Assembly (NCBI GenBank): GCA_032718475.1
Contig: JAUCBJ010000423.1
Coordinates: 7,123 to 71,122, forward strand
Direction: 5' to 3'
DNA length: 64,000 nucleotides
Origin: Nemertoderma westbladi
Taxonomy: Eukaryota; Animalia; Xenacoelomorpha
Shown: piece by piece, positions 35,204 through 48,693 of the stretch
How the letters are laid out: every line of letters begins with the position of its first letter
Position numbering within the stretch: the first letter of the stretch is position 1
The notes under the pieces: generated by a model
Seen by the model: the letters and a program-made list of their open reading frames with translations, nothing else
Told to the model about the DNA's origin: nothing
The model's database searches: none
Made by a program: the position numbers and the translations under genes

Positions 35204-37869
35204 GGGCCGGTTAGCCTTTGGTTATCACTAGTTAACCTTCACTTGTTATTCTTACACCTATCCTTTCACTTAATGTGTACTATAGTTATCACCATTCTTT
35301 AGAATTATTTGTTAGTAAATTTGGTTGATAAATCTTTGTAAAATTACGTAAATATACTGTAAACTTTTGAACATGTATATTTCTATTTGTCCACTATTGG
35401 GACAGCCAAGCATTTGGAGGATGGCTGCCTAAACCATTAGGCCGTCAGCAACGCAGGGAAAGATGTCCACAACATGCTAAGCGCCCACGTTAGATTTGCC
35501 CGCGCGCCTGTTCGAAGCATGCCCCCTTGCCATACAGTGCCCACTTCACAGGAAGGTAAGACTTTGTTTGACGCCCTTGCCCGCAGTAAGACCTATAGAT
35601 CAGGGTAAGCGTGACGCCGTCCTGGGACGCCATAAAATTTAGGATCGAATATTTTAGACTTAGACAGGAGCAAACAAGCAAAATCCCCGGATTAACCTGT
35701 ATCTCTTACAGGTGTGAACTATTGCTGTTTGTCAGTATGCGCAAGTACACTTTAGGTGCAGACAGCACAAGTTCCATAATTTGGTGATTTGCAGTACTAA
35801 CAGCTCTGTACCGGTTCACTTTGTAGTTTATACATTTGCCTGCCCCTGTCTGAGCCTGAAATATTTGATCAGGCAAGGAGCAGCTTTCTTCTACCGGCAC
35901 ATGCTTGGCCTAGGGAGGTTACTAATATCCTACCGCGCCTTGCCACATACTGATAGGTATTGCTGCTAACCACCGCGGCAACAAAATTCTAGAATCAAAT
36001 TGTATACCAGATCAGCTAACGTACGGTAGCAATTAACCCCTATTTCTTATCTTACAACCAGAATCTGGTATTTGTGCCGATCACGGGTGTAGTTACTAAC
36101 ACCGTAATTGCCCGGTTGAGTTGTGGATAGGAAGGAGAGAGCTTTGACGTCATTTTGTAAGTATAAAGCCCTACAGAGCGCGACTAGCTTATTTTAGTAG
36201 CTAGCGCCCGGTATTGTTTTGGTCAGAAATCACCGAAACCTAGTACGACGGCGATACACCAAAATTGTTTTATTCATAACACACACACATGTCCTAAAAC
36301 ATATATACTCCCCTTCGAGACCTGCTAGCTACTAGATTACTTTAGGTTACTTTCAATAGGATTTATTCTGCAGTTTTACCATTCGTACTTGTAATTTGAG
36401 GAGATATTTAGTATTTAGTTTTACGGCAAGTATTTTAGATGGCATGCACCATTTTGACTGCTTTGCCCCTGTCAGCAGTATTGTTACTTTAGGTACTACC
36501 CCCTTTTGACTGCTACCGCTTGTTAGTAGTATTGTTACGCTAGTCTGTTAATCCATTAGCTCGTATATAAACCATATAAATCACACCACGGCAAGTTTAC
36601 GGTATTTAGGTTCCTCGTTCCGCTCGTTAGGATTCGCTGCGCGGGGATTGTTTTCCCGTGAGTTTGGTCTGTCACCGTAGAATGTACATCTGCCTCACCG
36701 GTTAGAGGCCGGGTATCCTGTTTTGTCTAGTTCGCCCGGGCATTTGACTCTCTCACGTATTAGAATAGACACCAGGCTCCGTTCCTCGCCAGTAGTAGTT
36801 TGCATATTCAGTATCTGTTTATTTAGACACCCTGGACTGGGATTTATTGTCAGATACTGTACGAGCCCGTATACACCACTAGATCTTACAGTAAGGTACA
36901 TCGTTACTAGGATCCGGTAGGCGGTATACTACTGGACTTTTCAGTATGAGATACTATATAAATTACTGAATTAGTGTATAGTATTGTTAGATCTGTGTGC
37001 GCTGAAAAGTGCATGCACTTTTCAGTAGGAGATATATATATAAATATATATTATTAGCTATTGTAAAGGTAGGAAGATATTTTACAATTTAAAATTAGTA
37101 AAGTTAGTAATTTGTAGAACGTCCCCTGCCAGTAGGCCTTTAGGGTAGTTTTATTCGTATTTAATATTTGACTAGCTAATAGTTAGTTTATAGCAATTTG
37201 TTTTATGCCGTGTGTGCGGTGTTACTTTTCGGTACTTGAAAAGGTACATAAGGTTTAAAGACCAAGTTGTATCGGTACCTAGGAAGATTTTTCGTAGAGT
37301 AGAAGTAAAACTCTCACCTTCGACCTTTCAGGACTCAAGGACTCATTTCTGGACCGCTTTGAGGGATTAGACCGCTGGAGACACAAAATTCGTCCGCGTC
37401 GCCGAAAAACGGAACGACCCACATCCGGTTTGTATTTGGGTATTTGCACGACTGGAAGATCAAAGGAGTGTAAGATTTACGACGTTTTTTTACGACGTAG
37501 TTTTAAGTTTGTGTTGTTCAAACTTAAGAGCACAGTAGTACTCAAAATTTGTGGGTTTCACTGTCTAATTAGTAGTGTTGTTGGTACTTATTTCCCGTTA
37601 GACGTTGCTGTTTTGCCTATTATTTGTACTTGTTGATCTACATTTTGGTAACGTATACCGTTATCTTACTTATTCGTACAAATTTAGCCAGTAGGCTAGA
37701 TTATTACATATTTTATTTTATACTTTGATTTTATTTGTACTGGTTAGGGTATATATATAGTATATATATATACCAAGGTAAGCTAAGTTTGACATTTCGA
37801 CATTTTGACATTTCGACATTCTGATACTTTGACATTTTATTACCCGTACTTGACATATATAATAAGACA

Positions 37870-40800
37870 TGAGTGACACACCACATTCGACTTGATACCT
37901 ACCTACCGACTATGACTCGTGCGACCTGGACAGATCGACAATAGACGAACCGAGAAGGAGAACCCGAGATTCTACCGATGTCACACCGCGTGCGTCGCCG
38001 GTACCCGAACGGAAATACTGGAAGCCGCAATGCGTGGCGACGGAAGAATCTAGGATTTTCTTACAGTCCCGCAGACCAGGTCGCAGGAACCGGACATAGT
38101 AAGTTCTACTGAAAGCCAGGAGAATATTATTAGGAGTATAGGAGTACACATGGCCCAGATAACTCGAAACTTCGGAGAAGGTTTTCGCGTTTTACGTGAG
38201 TTAACTGCCCCGATGTCGAGATACGAGTTCTACACCTTACAGGTAAGGATAGAAAGTAGGGTACATGCCTCAGTAGATAAACTTAAAAGTTTACACGAAC
38301 TTGCAGAGTTGCATGGCGACAACCTTACTCAGGTAAAGATAATAGATAAGTTGGTAAGTGCGAGGGAAAGCTTCATTCAGTTTAAGTCAGTAATAAGATT
38401 GGCTCAACAAGAGCAGTACGACCAACTGCTAGGTGAGTCAGTTTCGGACGCATTGTTGCAACCCGAAGAGGAAGAAGTACTATACTGCCTGGACGGGAGG
38501 TTAGAAACGCTCACCAATTTTCTTCGTAGATGCGGCGTACCGATCGAAGAACCGGAAGTCAAACTACGAGGGATGACGGAAGTTCTATCTACGGAAGGCT
38601 CGCGAGCCTACCAAATTCCACAACTGGATAGATCGTTCGTTAGTGTACGGAGTGACGTTGGCGACGTTAGTAGGACAGCGTCTGTAATTACTCGACAACA
38701 ACAGGAGGTCGCACGCCGACAACAAGTCGCTGAGGAAGAAACGCAATGGCAATTGGCACAGATTGCGGCCGAAGGAGAAAGATAGCGCAGAGAGGACGTA
38801 GCGAAACTTGCGAAACTTCAGGCTCAAGCTGAGTTCGAAGCATCTGAGATGCGGAGATTAGAGGAGGATTTAGCACGACAGGCGGCGGCTGACGAGTTAG
38901 CACGACAGGCAGCAGCCAACGAGTTAGCACGACAGGCAGCAGCTGACGAGTTAGCACGACAGGTGGCGGCTGACGAGTTAGCACGGAAGAAAGCAGCATC
39001 GCTCGTGCCAATTTGGAGGCGCGACATAACAACATGTGGCCGATCGGCGCGACAGGGAGATGCAGCTCCAGTTCGAACTAAATCGCAGATCGCGCGAGGC
39101 GTCAAACGCGCAAGAGGACCTCAAACTCGACGCGAGAGATAGATCGATAAGGTCTCGAGCTGGACATGACTTGTCTGCCCTGGATCGCATGGAGACTCTA
39201 TATCGCTGAATTCAGAAGCGAATCGAGGAAGGAAGTGGGGAGCGATAGATCGAGGAGAGGAGTTCGTCGAGGATTACTGTCAACGTTTTCCCCAAGTTAT
39301 TCCTATGCTCAAACCCACGACTCCAGTAAAACCGGTCATAGTTGCAAAACCGAAGGAAATATCACCCATGCAAGGTAATAGGTTTGTTATGTCAGAATCA
39401 ATTCCGCAGCCACGAGCGACTTCATCGCCGATTCTCGCAGGTAAGATAGGTAGCCCACCTACTGTAAGCCGTAGTTTACTTGTAGAGAGAGACGAGCCCG
39501 CATTTATGACAGTAAAACAGGTGAGTAAACCATTACAAGTTAAACCTGTGACGTGCTGCGCGAACCCAGTCATTTATAAACCTACAGTAGAGCTTAACTC
39601 TGATGTTTTTACTAGACCCCTCACCCAATGTTTATTTGCGAGCCTACCGAACAACGAAGGACGATGCATGTGGGTAGTACCCACAGAACCGAACTGACTT
39701 TATCGAGACCTATGACTTCGTGGAAGGCTTGCGAGCCTACCGAACAATGGAGAGCCGTAGATCCCAGACCACAACGAACCCGACCAAGAATAATACGCCG
39801 AACACAAACCCGCCAACCACCGTATCCCGACGACAGTGATTCATCCAGCGATATGGAGTCGACGGAACGGGAAATATTCCGTACTGGAGCGGCAGCTGAT
39901 TACAAACGGGAGGAGAGATTGACCAACCAATACATCGACAATCCTCCACGAGAAACACCCTTGCAGAAACCCACGTTGCAACCAGCGGAAGCGATTAGCG
40001 CCAAACAGTTTACTGAAATGGCGGACCGACTAGCTCAACTCGAAGAGCGACTCGAAGCGCAACCATCGGATCGATCACAAACCAGCGTGGAGTTGGAACA
40101 ACCTAGACAACATCGACCACCAAGGAGAGAACAGGAGATCAGACAGACTCCGAACCATCGAGAAGAAGATCCCGTTAATATTTCTTACCGACGAACAACG
40201 CGCGGAAGGGAATGACTGGACGACGTAACCGAACAGGGACGCGGACAATTGGATTTGGTTAGCGAGATTGCGAAATTTGCGGCCAGACACGGATTACCGG
40301 CACAACAACCGCCGAAGTTCTCTGGCAACGCAAAGCACTGGCGTACGCTGGTAGACTACGTAGAGTCCCAGATTGCTTACCTCGATGGAGAAGTTTAACT
40401 ACTTGCTCCAGGTTCTGTCTGGTGAGCCGAAACGATTAGCGGAAAACTTTATTGGTGTTCCAGAGGCCTTTGAGTTGGCGTACGACCGCTTGTTTTCGAT
40501 TTACGGCGGCAACTTAGCCATGGCTAAATCTATTATCGAAGACCTCTGTAGAGGAGGAAGCATTTCGAAACCGATCGATCTTCTACGACTCGCGGACGAA
40601 ATAAAGAACGCTATAGGGACTTTACGGTCCATTGGACAACTCTAGTACGCCTATGCACCGACAGTTCTAATTAGGATAATCAGACGACTCCATCATCGAT
40701 TACGACGAGAATGGCGACGTATCGAGTATCAGCGTGAAGAGGCCGGTGGGTTACTAAAACTTACCGACGTCTACCAACTGATTTCGCAGGAGGCTGTGGT

Positions 40801-43800
40801 CGAGACTCGATCAAACTACACTGACCACCATATAGCGAAAGAAAGAATAGCTATTGCTGCGCCGACTCGGATCAAATCATTTCCGACGAACGCGAAGGCC
40901 GTGACTTATGCCACCCCAACCGAAACTTCTAAAGTTCTGACGCCTATCGGCACCAAGCAGCCACAACAACAACAACAACTTTGCGGGATGCTCATATTGC
41001 GAGCGGAACGGCAGTAACCACAGCGGACATAAACTTCGTGGATGTCGCGCTTTTAAAGAGTTGGGAGTTGAAGAGAGGAGACTCCAAATTCGATCTTTGG
41101 ATTGTTGTTGGAGATGTACCAAGCCTGGACACGTCCGGAAGGATTGCCTGAGCGACGATACATGTCCTCTATGTGGACGTAACCATGATGCGTTACTCCA
41201 CACGAACAGTCATACTCCGACCAAACGCTTTCGACGAGAGCATCCGGATAAAGCGGCTAGATGCGACGCACTTTACAAAGAGCGTGCGCTGCATGAGATT
41301 TGTACATTCTATACGGACTGTATGGATCAATCAGGATCATCGGACGAGGACGAGGAGGAAGACGACACCTTTTACGTGCATGCGGGGGAGGAACAACCAT
41401 CGATAACACTCCTCACACAGAACCAATTGAAAGGGTTTAGCATGATTCCTATAAAGATTGCCGGAACCCGAGGGAGCAAGCGTATATACGCTATCTTAGA
41501 CTCTGCGTCATTGCATAGTTAGGTTGACGAACAAGTAGCTGACGTAGTTACAGACATGAGTAAAGGTAAGACTACTCAGTATACTGTAAGCAGCATGCAT
41601 GGTAAGAGAGCGATCCCTGTGACGAGAGTAAAATTAACCTTTGATACTCTTTTTTCCAAAGCGGAACACAGCAAGGAGGAGCGCTCATTACTTCTGGTAA
41701 GATATTTGACCTTTGCAGCTACAAAGGACTTTAGTAACTTGCTCGGCCCTGTGCCAGAGCAATCACCGGAAGATCGTAAGTATTTCCGACACCTTGGAAT
41801 ACCGGAATGTCCTGTTAACTATCGTTCAATCGCGATGTTGATTGGGACAGACCAGTTTAACTTACATCAGGTATGGGAGACGCGCCCATCTGTTATTACA
41901 GCGGGCAACCCCTACGCATGTAGAACTCCTATAGGTTGGTATACTAGAGCACCAGTGCGTTCACTAGAGGTAAGTGACCAGGAGGACGACATTTTGAGTA
42001 CGTGTAGTTTACTGACTACCACGATAGATAATTATCCTTCACACTCCTGTGGTCCAATTGTACAGACTGCATTACGACAGATTTGCGTCGCTAAGACTGA
42101 TGTAACCGATTCTGACGTAACTGATCTGGACACGACCACACGGACCTGTGACTTACAACTACTTGCAATAAACCAGGTTGTGTTGACTACTGAAGACCAA
42201 AGGGTTGTTGCTGTGGATGACTCGATGAACAAGGGTTTTGGAAGGCTTGCGAGCCTACCGAAAAATCCGAAGGTCATTGACCCCACCCACCAGGCTTCGA
42301 CACCGGTCGTTGATCTTGGAAGGCTTGCGAGCCTACCGACAGATCAGAAGGTCGTCAAACCACCTCACGACTTTTTGATGCCGACTAGTGACACTGGAAG
42401 GCTTGCGAGCCTACCAGAAACATTGACACTAGCCACCGCAGCGGACGAAGACGTGGACAAGGACCATGGCGCAGTGCAAGCAGCGCTTGACCGACTGCTG
42501 ACTGAACGGACCATTAAATGGTTAGAACCCTCAGCACAACCCGGTAGTTACGAGACCACTATGTCAGAACAGGAAAAACGGTCATTAAATATTATGAGAG
42601 ATACCATTCGCCAGACCGCAAATGGCCACTACGAAGTTGGCATGTTGTGGCGCAATGGACAACCTAAGCTCGTTAACAACTACCCGCTTGCTTTGAGGCG
42701 ACTCAAATCAATAAGGCAGCGATTGTTGCATGATGAGGCGGCCCATATGCAATACAATGCGCAACTTCAGATGTATCTCCAAAAGTAATACGCCATTAGG
42801 ATGTTAAATCCAGAGGTAACTACAGATCTGACATATTACCTGCCACATCATTTTATTCGACACCCGGACAAACCTGGCAAGGTGCGTGTAGTCAATGACC
42901 TTGCTGCGCTTTACCAAGGGATGTCTATGAACAGCAAACTGATGGACAGGCCGAATATGAATAATTACCTCATGGGAGTCCTAATGCGTTTTAGACAACG
43001 CAAACTGGCTTTCACCTGTGACGTAGAGGCCATGTTTCACCAGGTTAAGGCTTTGGAGCGGGACAGGGACAGTTTAATGTTTCTTTGGTATCCAGACGGA
43101 AATTTAGAACTTCCGCCAGAAACTTACCAAATGCAGGTAAGAGTTTTTGGAGCCAGGGACAGCACCAACTGCACCATGTACGCTTTAAAGCAAACAGCTT
43201 TAGACAGACAAGACCAATTCGACCCAGAAGTAGCTCGGACAGTGGAACGAGACTTCTACGTGGATGACGGCCTCAAGAGTTGTGACACTCTGGAGCGCGC
43301 TACGACCGTAGCACACCAACTCCAGGATTGCCTCGCTGAGGGCGGATTCCGCCTTACGAAGTTCACTTCCAATGAACCCGAACTAGTGAACTCATTTGAC
43401 CCGACGGATCACAGTGGAGGTGATTTGGATTTAGACCTAGAACCTCTACCTACGACCAAGGTATTAGGACTTAGTTGGGACCCAAACACCGACAATTTTA
43501 GGGTACGTGTAAGGTCCAACGGACAGACCACTCACTAAGAGGACTTGCTTATCGACCATGAGTTGATTGTATGACCCATTGTGTTTCATTAGTCCAGTGA
43601 TCCTACATGCCAGGATCATACTCCACAGCATTTGGCAAGCCAGACTGGAATGGGACGATCCCATCCCAGAAAAGTTAGCTGAGCAATGGAGGGACTGGGA
43701 AGCCCAACTGACGTTCTTACAAGACTATACCATACCAAGGGTATACTTTCCTTTGCAGACCACCTTTCCTGCCGATTTAGAGCTTCACAGCTTTAGTGAC

Positions 43801-46625
43801 GCTAGTAAGGATGGACTGGGGGTTACATTGTACCTTAGACGACAAGTGACATCGGACAGCTATGAAGTGTCTCTCGTTACTTCAAGGGCTAGGCTAGAAC
43901 AATGCCATTGAAGTATATGACTGTACCTCGTGGAGAGCTGCAAGCCGGGACGATATCCACCGATATTGTCAGTTTAGTTCAACGCGAGCTGGAGGCTAAC
44001 TTGCAGGTCATGTATTGGATGGATGCGACGTTGGTACATTGGTACATAAACAACGAAACATTCAAGTTCAAGACTTTCGTAGCCAACAGATGGGCTGAAA
44101 TATTGGACCGGTCGCTCAAACAAGATTGACGTCACTGTCCAGGGAAGCTGAACCCAGCTGACATTGCGTCACGGGGGATGCTACCGATCGACTTTTGTAA
44201 ACCGGACAATAAATCCTTTTGGTTTAGAGTACCCGATTTCCTACAACGACCATCAGACGAATGGCCACCGTTATTCGACGCAACAACTAACACCATACCG
44301 GAGGGTGCCGAGATAAAAATCGACACTGTTGTCAAGTCTAAAGCGAAAGCCAATGCTAAGGTCAAGAGGAAACAAGGACGGACGAAATCTGATGACCTGG
44401 ATGTTAGACCTGACATTACGCCAGACGTCTCACCAGACTCTCGACCAGACGTTTCACCAGACGTTTTGCCAGATTATTCACCAGAAGCGACACCAGATTG
44501 TTTTATGGAACTCTCGACAGATTGTCTACCGGATGTCTCACCAGACTTTCCACCAGACATCTCGACAGACTGTCCACTAGACTTTGGACCAGACATTCTG
44601 ACAGAAGCTATGCCAGACTTTCTTTGGGACCGACGACAGGACATTTCGCCGGAATTTCCGCGCTATGTCTCACCATACGTCTCACCAGACTGTTTTCCGG
44701 ACACCTCACCAGACTGTCTACTAGACTCTCCATTGGACGACCCATTGGAGCGGACTAGTACACACCCATTAGGTATTAACAACTTACGGATTTGACTTCT
44801 TTGGACGAAGGTGTGGCCACAGCGATCACACTCCGCTCAAGGAAAATACTTGACTTACCATCTACAGGTAAACGTGTGACGAAGGTTAGGAAGCTTACGA
44901 GCTCACAGGAACACACTAGTACTGTAGAGTTGAAACCGTTACTGCCAGTCAATCCACTGAGTGCGGACGGTAAGGGTAAGACTGTGGAGACTAAATTACT
45001 TGAGGACTCAGACAAACCTATTGCACAAAGGGAGACACTCACCGGAAGGCCCGTGGGCCTACCAAGTCCGAACAAGTATCCACACTTTGACTATACCTTA
45101 CCTGATGACGTCACTAACACTTACGTTGACAGGATAGTAAACCTAACTAGATCATGGACTGACGCGTGCCACAAGTTAGCATGGCTCAAACGCTTGAGAC
45201 AATATGCCAGAGGCAAACGCGACTTTCCTAGAAGATCTTCTTGCGATATTTCGCACGAGAGTTCACAGCAATCAATCAGGGTAAACAGATCAAGTCTTCA
45301 CCGATTTTGAGTTGGAGTCCGATTATCTATAGGGGCTTACTTTGTCACAAGTCCAGACTCCAAAACATTGACTTTGCACTTGACTTTAGGTATCCTATCA
45401 TCATACCGCAACACCATGAGTTACAGCACTATGATACTGGACGCACATGTACGACTCAAACACGTAGGTAGACATCACTGTTTATCACACTTTCGCTCGA
45501 GGTTCGTACTGATTAGGCCTAGCAAGGCACTGAGTTCGGTAACACGGAACTGTATGATTTGTAAGAAGGTGCACGCGAGGATAGGACACCAAGAAATGAG
45601 TGAACTACCACTAGCGAGATTACAGGCTTTTAGACCCCCTTTCACTGAGACAGGGATAGACTGTTTTGGACCCATAATCGCGAAACGCGGAAGGGTACAG
45701 GTAAAACGTTGGGGATTGATCTTCACTTGCATGGCCAGCAGAGCTGTCCATATTGAGCGTGTGACAGACTTGACCACCAATGCCTTTATCCTAGCCTTAC
45801 AGCGATTTATCGCTAGACGTGGATTGGTGAAATCCATTTATTGCGACCAAGGGACTAACTTTGTGGGTGCACAGAACGAAATCACCAGAGCTTTAAGGAA
45901 GTTGGACCAAAACCAGATTTCCAAGGAACTACATCCTCACAGTATGGTATGGAACTTTAACACTTCCGTCAGTCCATGGAGAGGCGGCGTTTGGGAAAGG
46001 CTGATTGGCTCAATTAAAACGGCCATGACGAAAGTAATACCAATGCAACGCATATTAACAGACGACCAACTGACGACATTGTTAATAGAAATCGAAACGG
46101 TTTTAAATACTAGACCGATCGCTTTGATTCCAGACAATAACGACTCACAGTTTGCCTTGACACCAAAGCACCTGCTTATGCAGGCACCGACAACATTGTT
46201 GCCCACTTCGGTACCTGTCGATAGCGACGGATACGGCAACAAGGCTTGGAAAATCACTCAGCTACTTGCCAACAAATTCTGGAAAATATGGCAGAAACAC
46301 TATTTGCCCTCTATTTCGACCAGAACCTCTTGGTATTTTAATAAGCGATGTTTGAGATTTATTATAGGAAGGGATCTAGGGGTCTGTGATGAGGTGATGT
46401 TTGAGATGAGTTGACCATCTTTTATTGGCTGAAACAAATCTGAAAAGACGGTTTTGGCTGACTGGAGTCATTTTGACCACACACCCTACATCTGGTATAG
46501 TAAGGACAGTTACTGTACAGACTATTGACGGACGTACCGTAGATAGGCCTGTACAACGTCTCATGCTCCTTGAGGAGACTATAAACGAGACAGGAGACTA
46601 CAAATCTCCACCCAATCTTAGTAAA
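37870..46625 (+). pseudogene. gag-pol: BEL-C gag-pol, disrupted by many stops and frameshifts
   Basis: EKFNYLLQVLSGEP; CWRCTKPGHVRKDC, CPLCGRNHDALLH; AILDSAS; CDVEAMFHQV, FYVDDGL; FSDAS, NPADIASRG; GIDCFGP, CDQGTNF, GGVWERLIGSIK; DRPVQRLMLLE. Confidence 0.95.
44405..44745 (+). repeat. Degenerate 12-bp in-frame tandem repeat (PDVS-like) between RNase H and integrase
   Basis: CCAGACGTCTCA-like units, over 20 copies. Confidence 0.85.
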
Positions 46626-47318
46626 TAGAGATGTGGGACCCTTGATGGCCGCCACATAGACTTACTGTATTTTAGTAATTTAGTATTTTGTATTACTGTA
46701 TGTGCATTTGTATTCCTCTTCACTGTAGATAGAGACAGCGGTGGAATTCCATTGTCTTTTATGTGAACATGGAGTGTAGTACCCTTTATGTATCACATAG
46801 GAGCGGGATTGTGTGTACAGTAGGAATGGAATTCCACTTGGAACCCACAAGTGAGACAATTTTTCAAAAATTATTAGACAAATCCATTTGGTTGGATTTA
46901 AATTTAAGAAAAATGATTCTCCAGTGAATGTGAATTCTAGAATACAGCTAAATAAAAATTAAAATTGGGGAGGACAAGAGCAGATGGAAGGCTTGCGAGC
47001 CTACTGATAAAATTTTTTTTTGGAAAAGAAAATCGGCCTTGTTCTACGTAGTCGTGTCTACTATTATCTTAGACCAAATTAATTCTCGACTGCACTATTT
47101 TCTTTGGGATAGTAGTTTGGGAAATTAAAAGGTGAGTATTTTAGACTCGCTGCTAGTTTACCCGGAATTCGTTTTTTATCGGCACATATTTTTGGATTAG
47201 GAGCCAGTGCGAAATCACGCGAAACCCGAAGTCATTAGGCAAATGGGTAGGGGTTTTAGAGCAAAGTTGAGCCAAAAGCCAACAAAACTCTAAGTCTCCT
47301 CATATCTAACCTCTGTTT

Positions 47319-48184
47319 GTGCTTCCTCTAGTAGAAACACTATATACAGTGATTCACGCAGGAACAGGAGCACCAGGCACCGTTCAACCGATATGGGGCC
47401 AAAACTTTAATGTGTTCGGAGTTGAGAGTATGGCGAGAAGTATAGCCAAGCTCGCTAAGTCCAAAGCGGATCCAAATGTTACGCGACAGCGATTGGACGA
47501 TTATAACAAAAGAGCGGAGGAGTTACGCGCGGAGTTCAAAGCGTTGTACCCCTATGATGCGTTATGCGACGCCAGCGACGTTTGCGAGGACCCGAGACAC
47601 AGAGATACGATCTTTATAGACGCGCTCGAGGAGCGGATCCGGAAACTAAGGAAGCGTTCTCCATTTATAAACTGTTCTATAAATGTGGAGGATGTATGCA
47701 TGAGCAAGACAACGCAATTCCTATGCGCTTGAACCCGGAGAACCCCGAGCCGATATTAGCGCATTGCCCAAACCACCAAAGTCTGCATTACCAAGAAGGC
47801 GATTACCCTTTGACGAATCCGTACCACTCGTTTAAGATGAGTGGACCGAACGCGGGCGAGATTGTCATTTATGAACCCAAATTAGTCGAACCAGACGTCT
47901 ATAGTATGGTAGTAGATGAGTCTAATAAGTCGACACAAGAGAAACGGGAAGCCTTAAGCCCCTATAGGGCGTACAAGGCGTACGAGAAAGGCGAGATCGA
48001 GGAGTTCGGCGGAAGGCTCGCCAGCCTACCATTTTATTGGATATCCTACGATCAAACCGAACCCAAGGAGACGGCGGTCGTTTCATTTCCCGGTATTCTA
48101 GAACCGCAGGCAACTCGACGTAGGAGCCCAAGCCCAGCTAGACCGAAGTCACCGATTAATCGTATAAAAGGGCAAAGGCGTTGA
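47319..48184 (+). CDS. BEL-C 3' accessory ORF (frameshifted near 47670), putative CxxC..CxxH zinc finger and RS/SP-rich basic tail
   Basis: Overlapping ORFs 47319-47732 and 47564-48184; YKCGGC-x23-CPNH; ends RRRSPSPARPKSPINRIKGQRR; preceded by a canonical-looking intron 47132-47331. Confidence 0.55.
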
Positions 48185-48693
48185 GGAGCAAAAGTTATAG
48201 AGCGAGATTATGGAGAAAGGAAGGCTTGCGAGCCTACCATTAGCGATTAGCGCTCAGGAGACGATATCCAGACCAGTAGGACGAACTTTTGAGATCGTCA
48301 GGAGGACACTTTAAAGATTTATTTGGAAATTATTAGCGCATTATGTTTGTTTATATTGGACTGATTTAATTTGGAAAGTTTATTATGTATATTTGTAATA
48401 TATGAAAGATTATCGAAAGGTTTGAAATTATTTGTTCTAATTTGTTCTGATTTGTTCTAATTTGTTTATTTTGATAACCGAAAGCTCTTTTTTTGTATTT
48501 TATGCACTAAAGTTTATTGGTAAATTTGTATTTTGTATGTATGATAGATTGTATTTACGCTGTACCTGCAATAATAAGTATGCAATAATTAGGTAGTGAT
48601 TATTTTATATTTTAGGCCCCACCATTAGACCAAAGAGATATTTTGTAAATAGTTTGTATTTCGATTGGTGAAAACAGTCTTTTCATGGAGAGG

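Larger units (their letters stand above)
34810..36943 (+). repeat. BEL-C 5' LTR, 2134 bp
   Basis: Matches 48694-50829 with scattered substitutions and indels, clearly more than between the BEL-B LTRs. Confidence 0.95.

Noticed and set aside
47319-48184. env gene
   Set aside because: No signal peptide, transmembrane helix or fusion-protein cysteine pattern.
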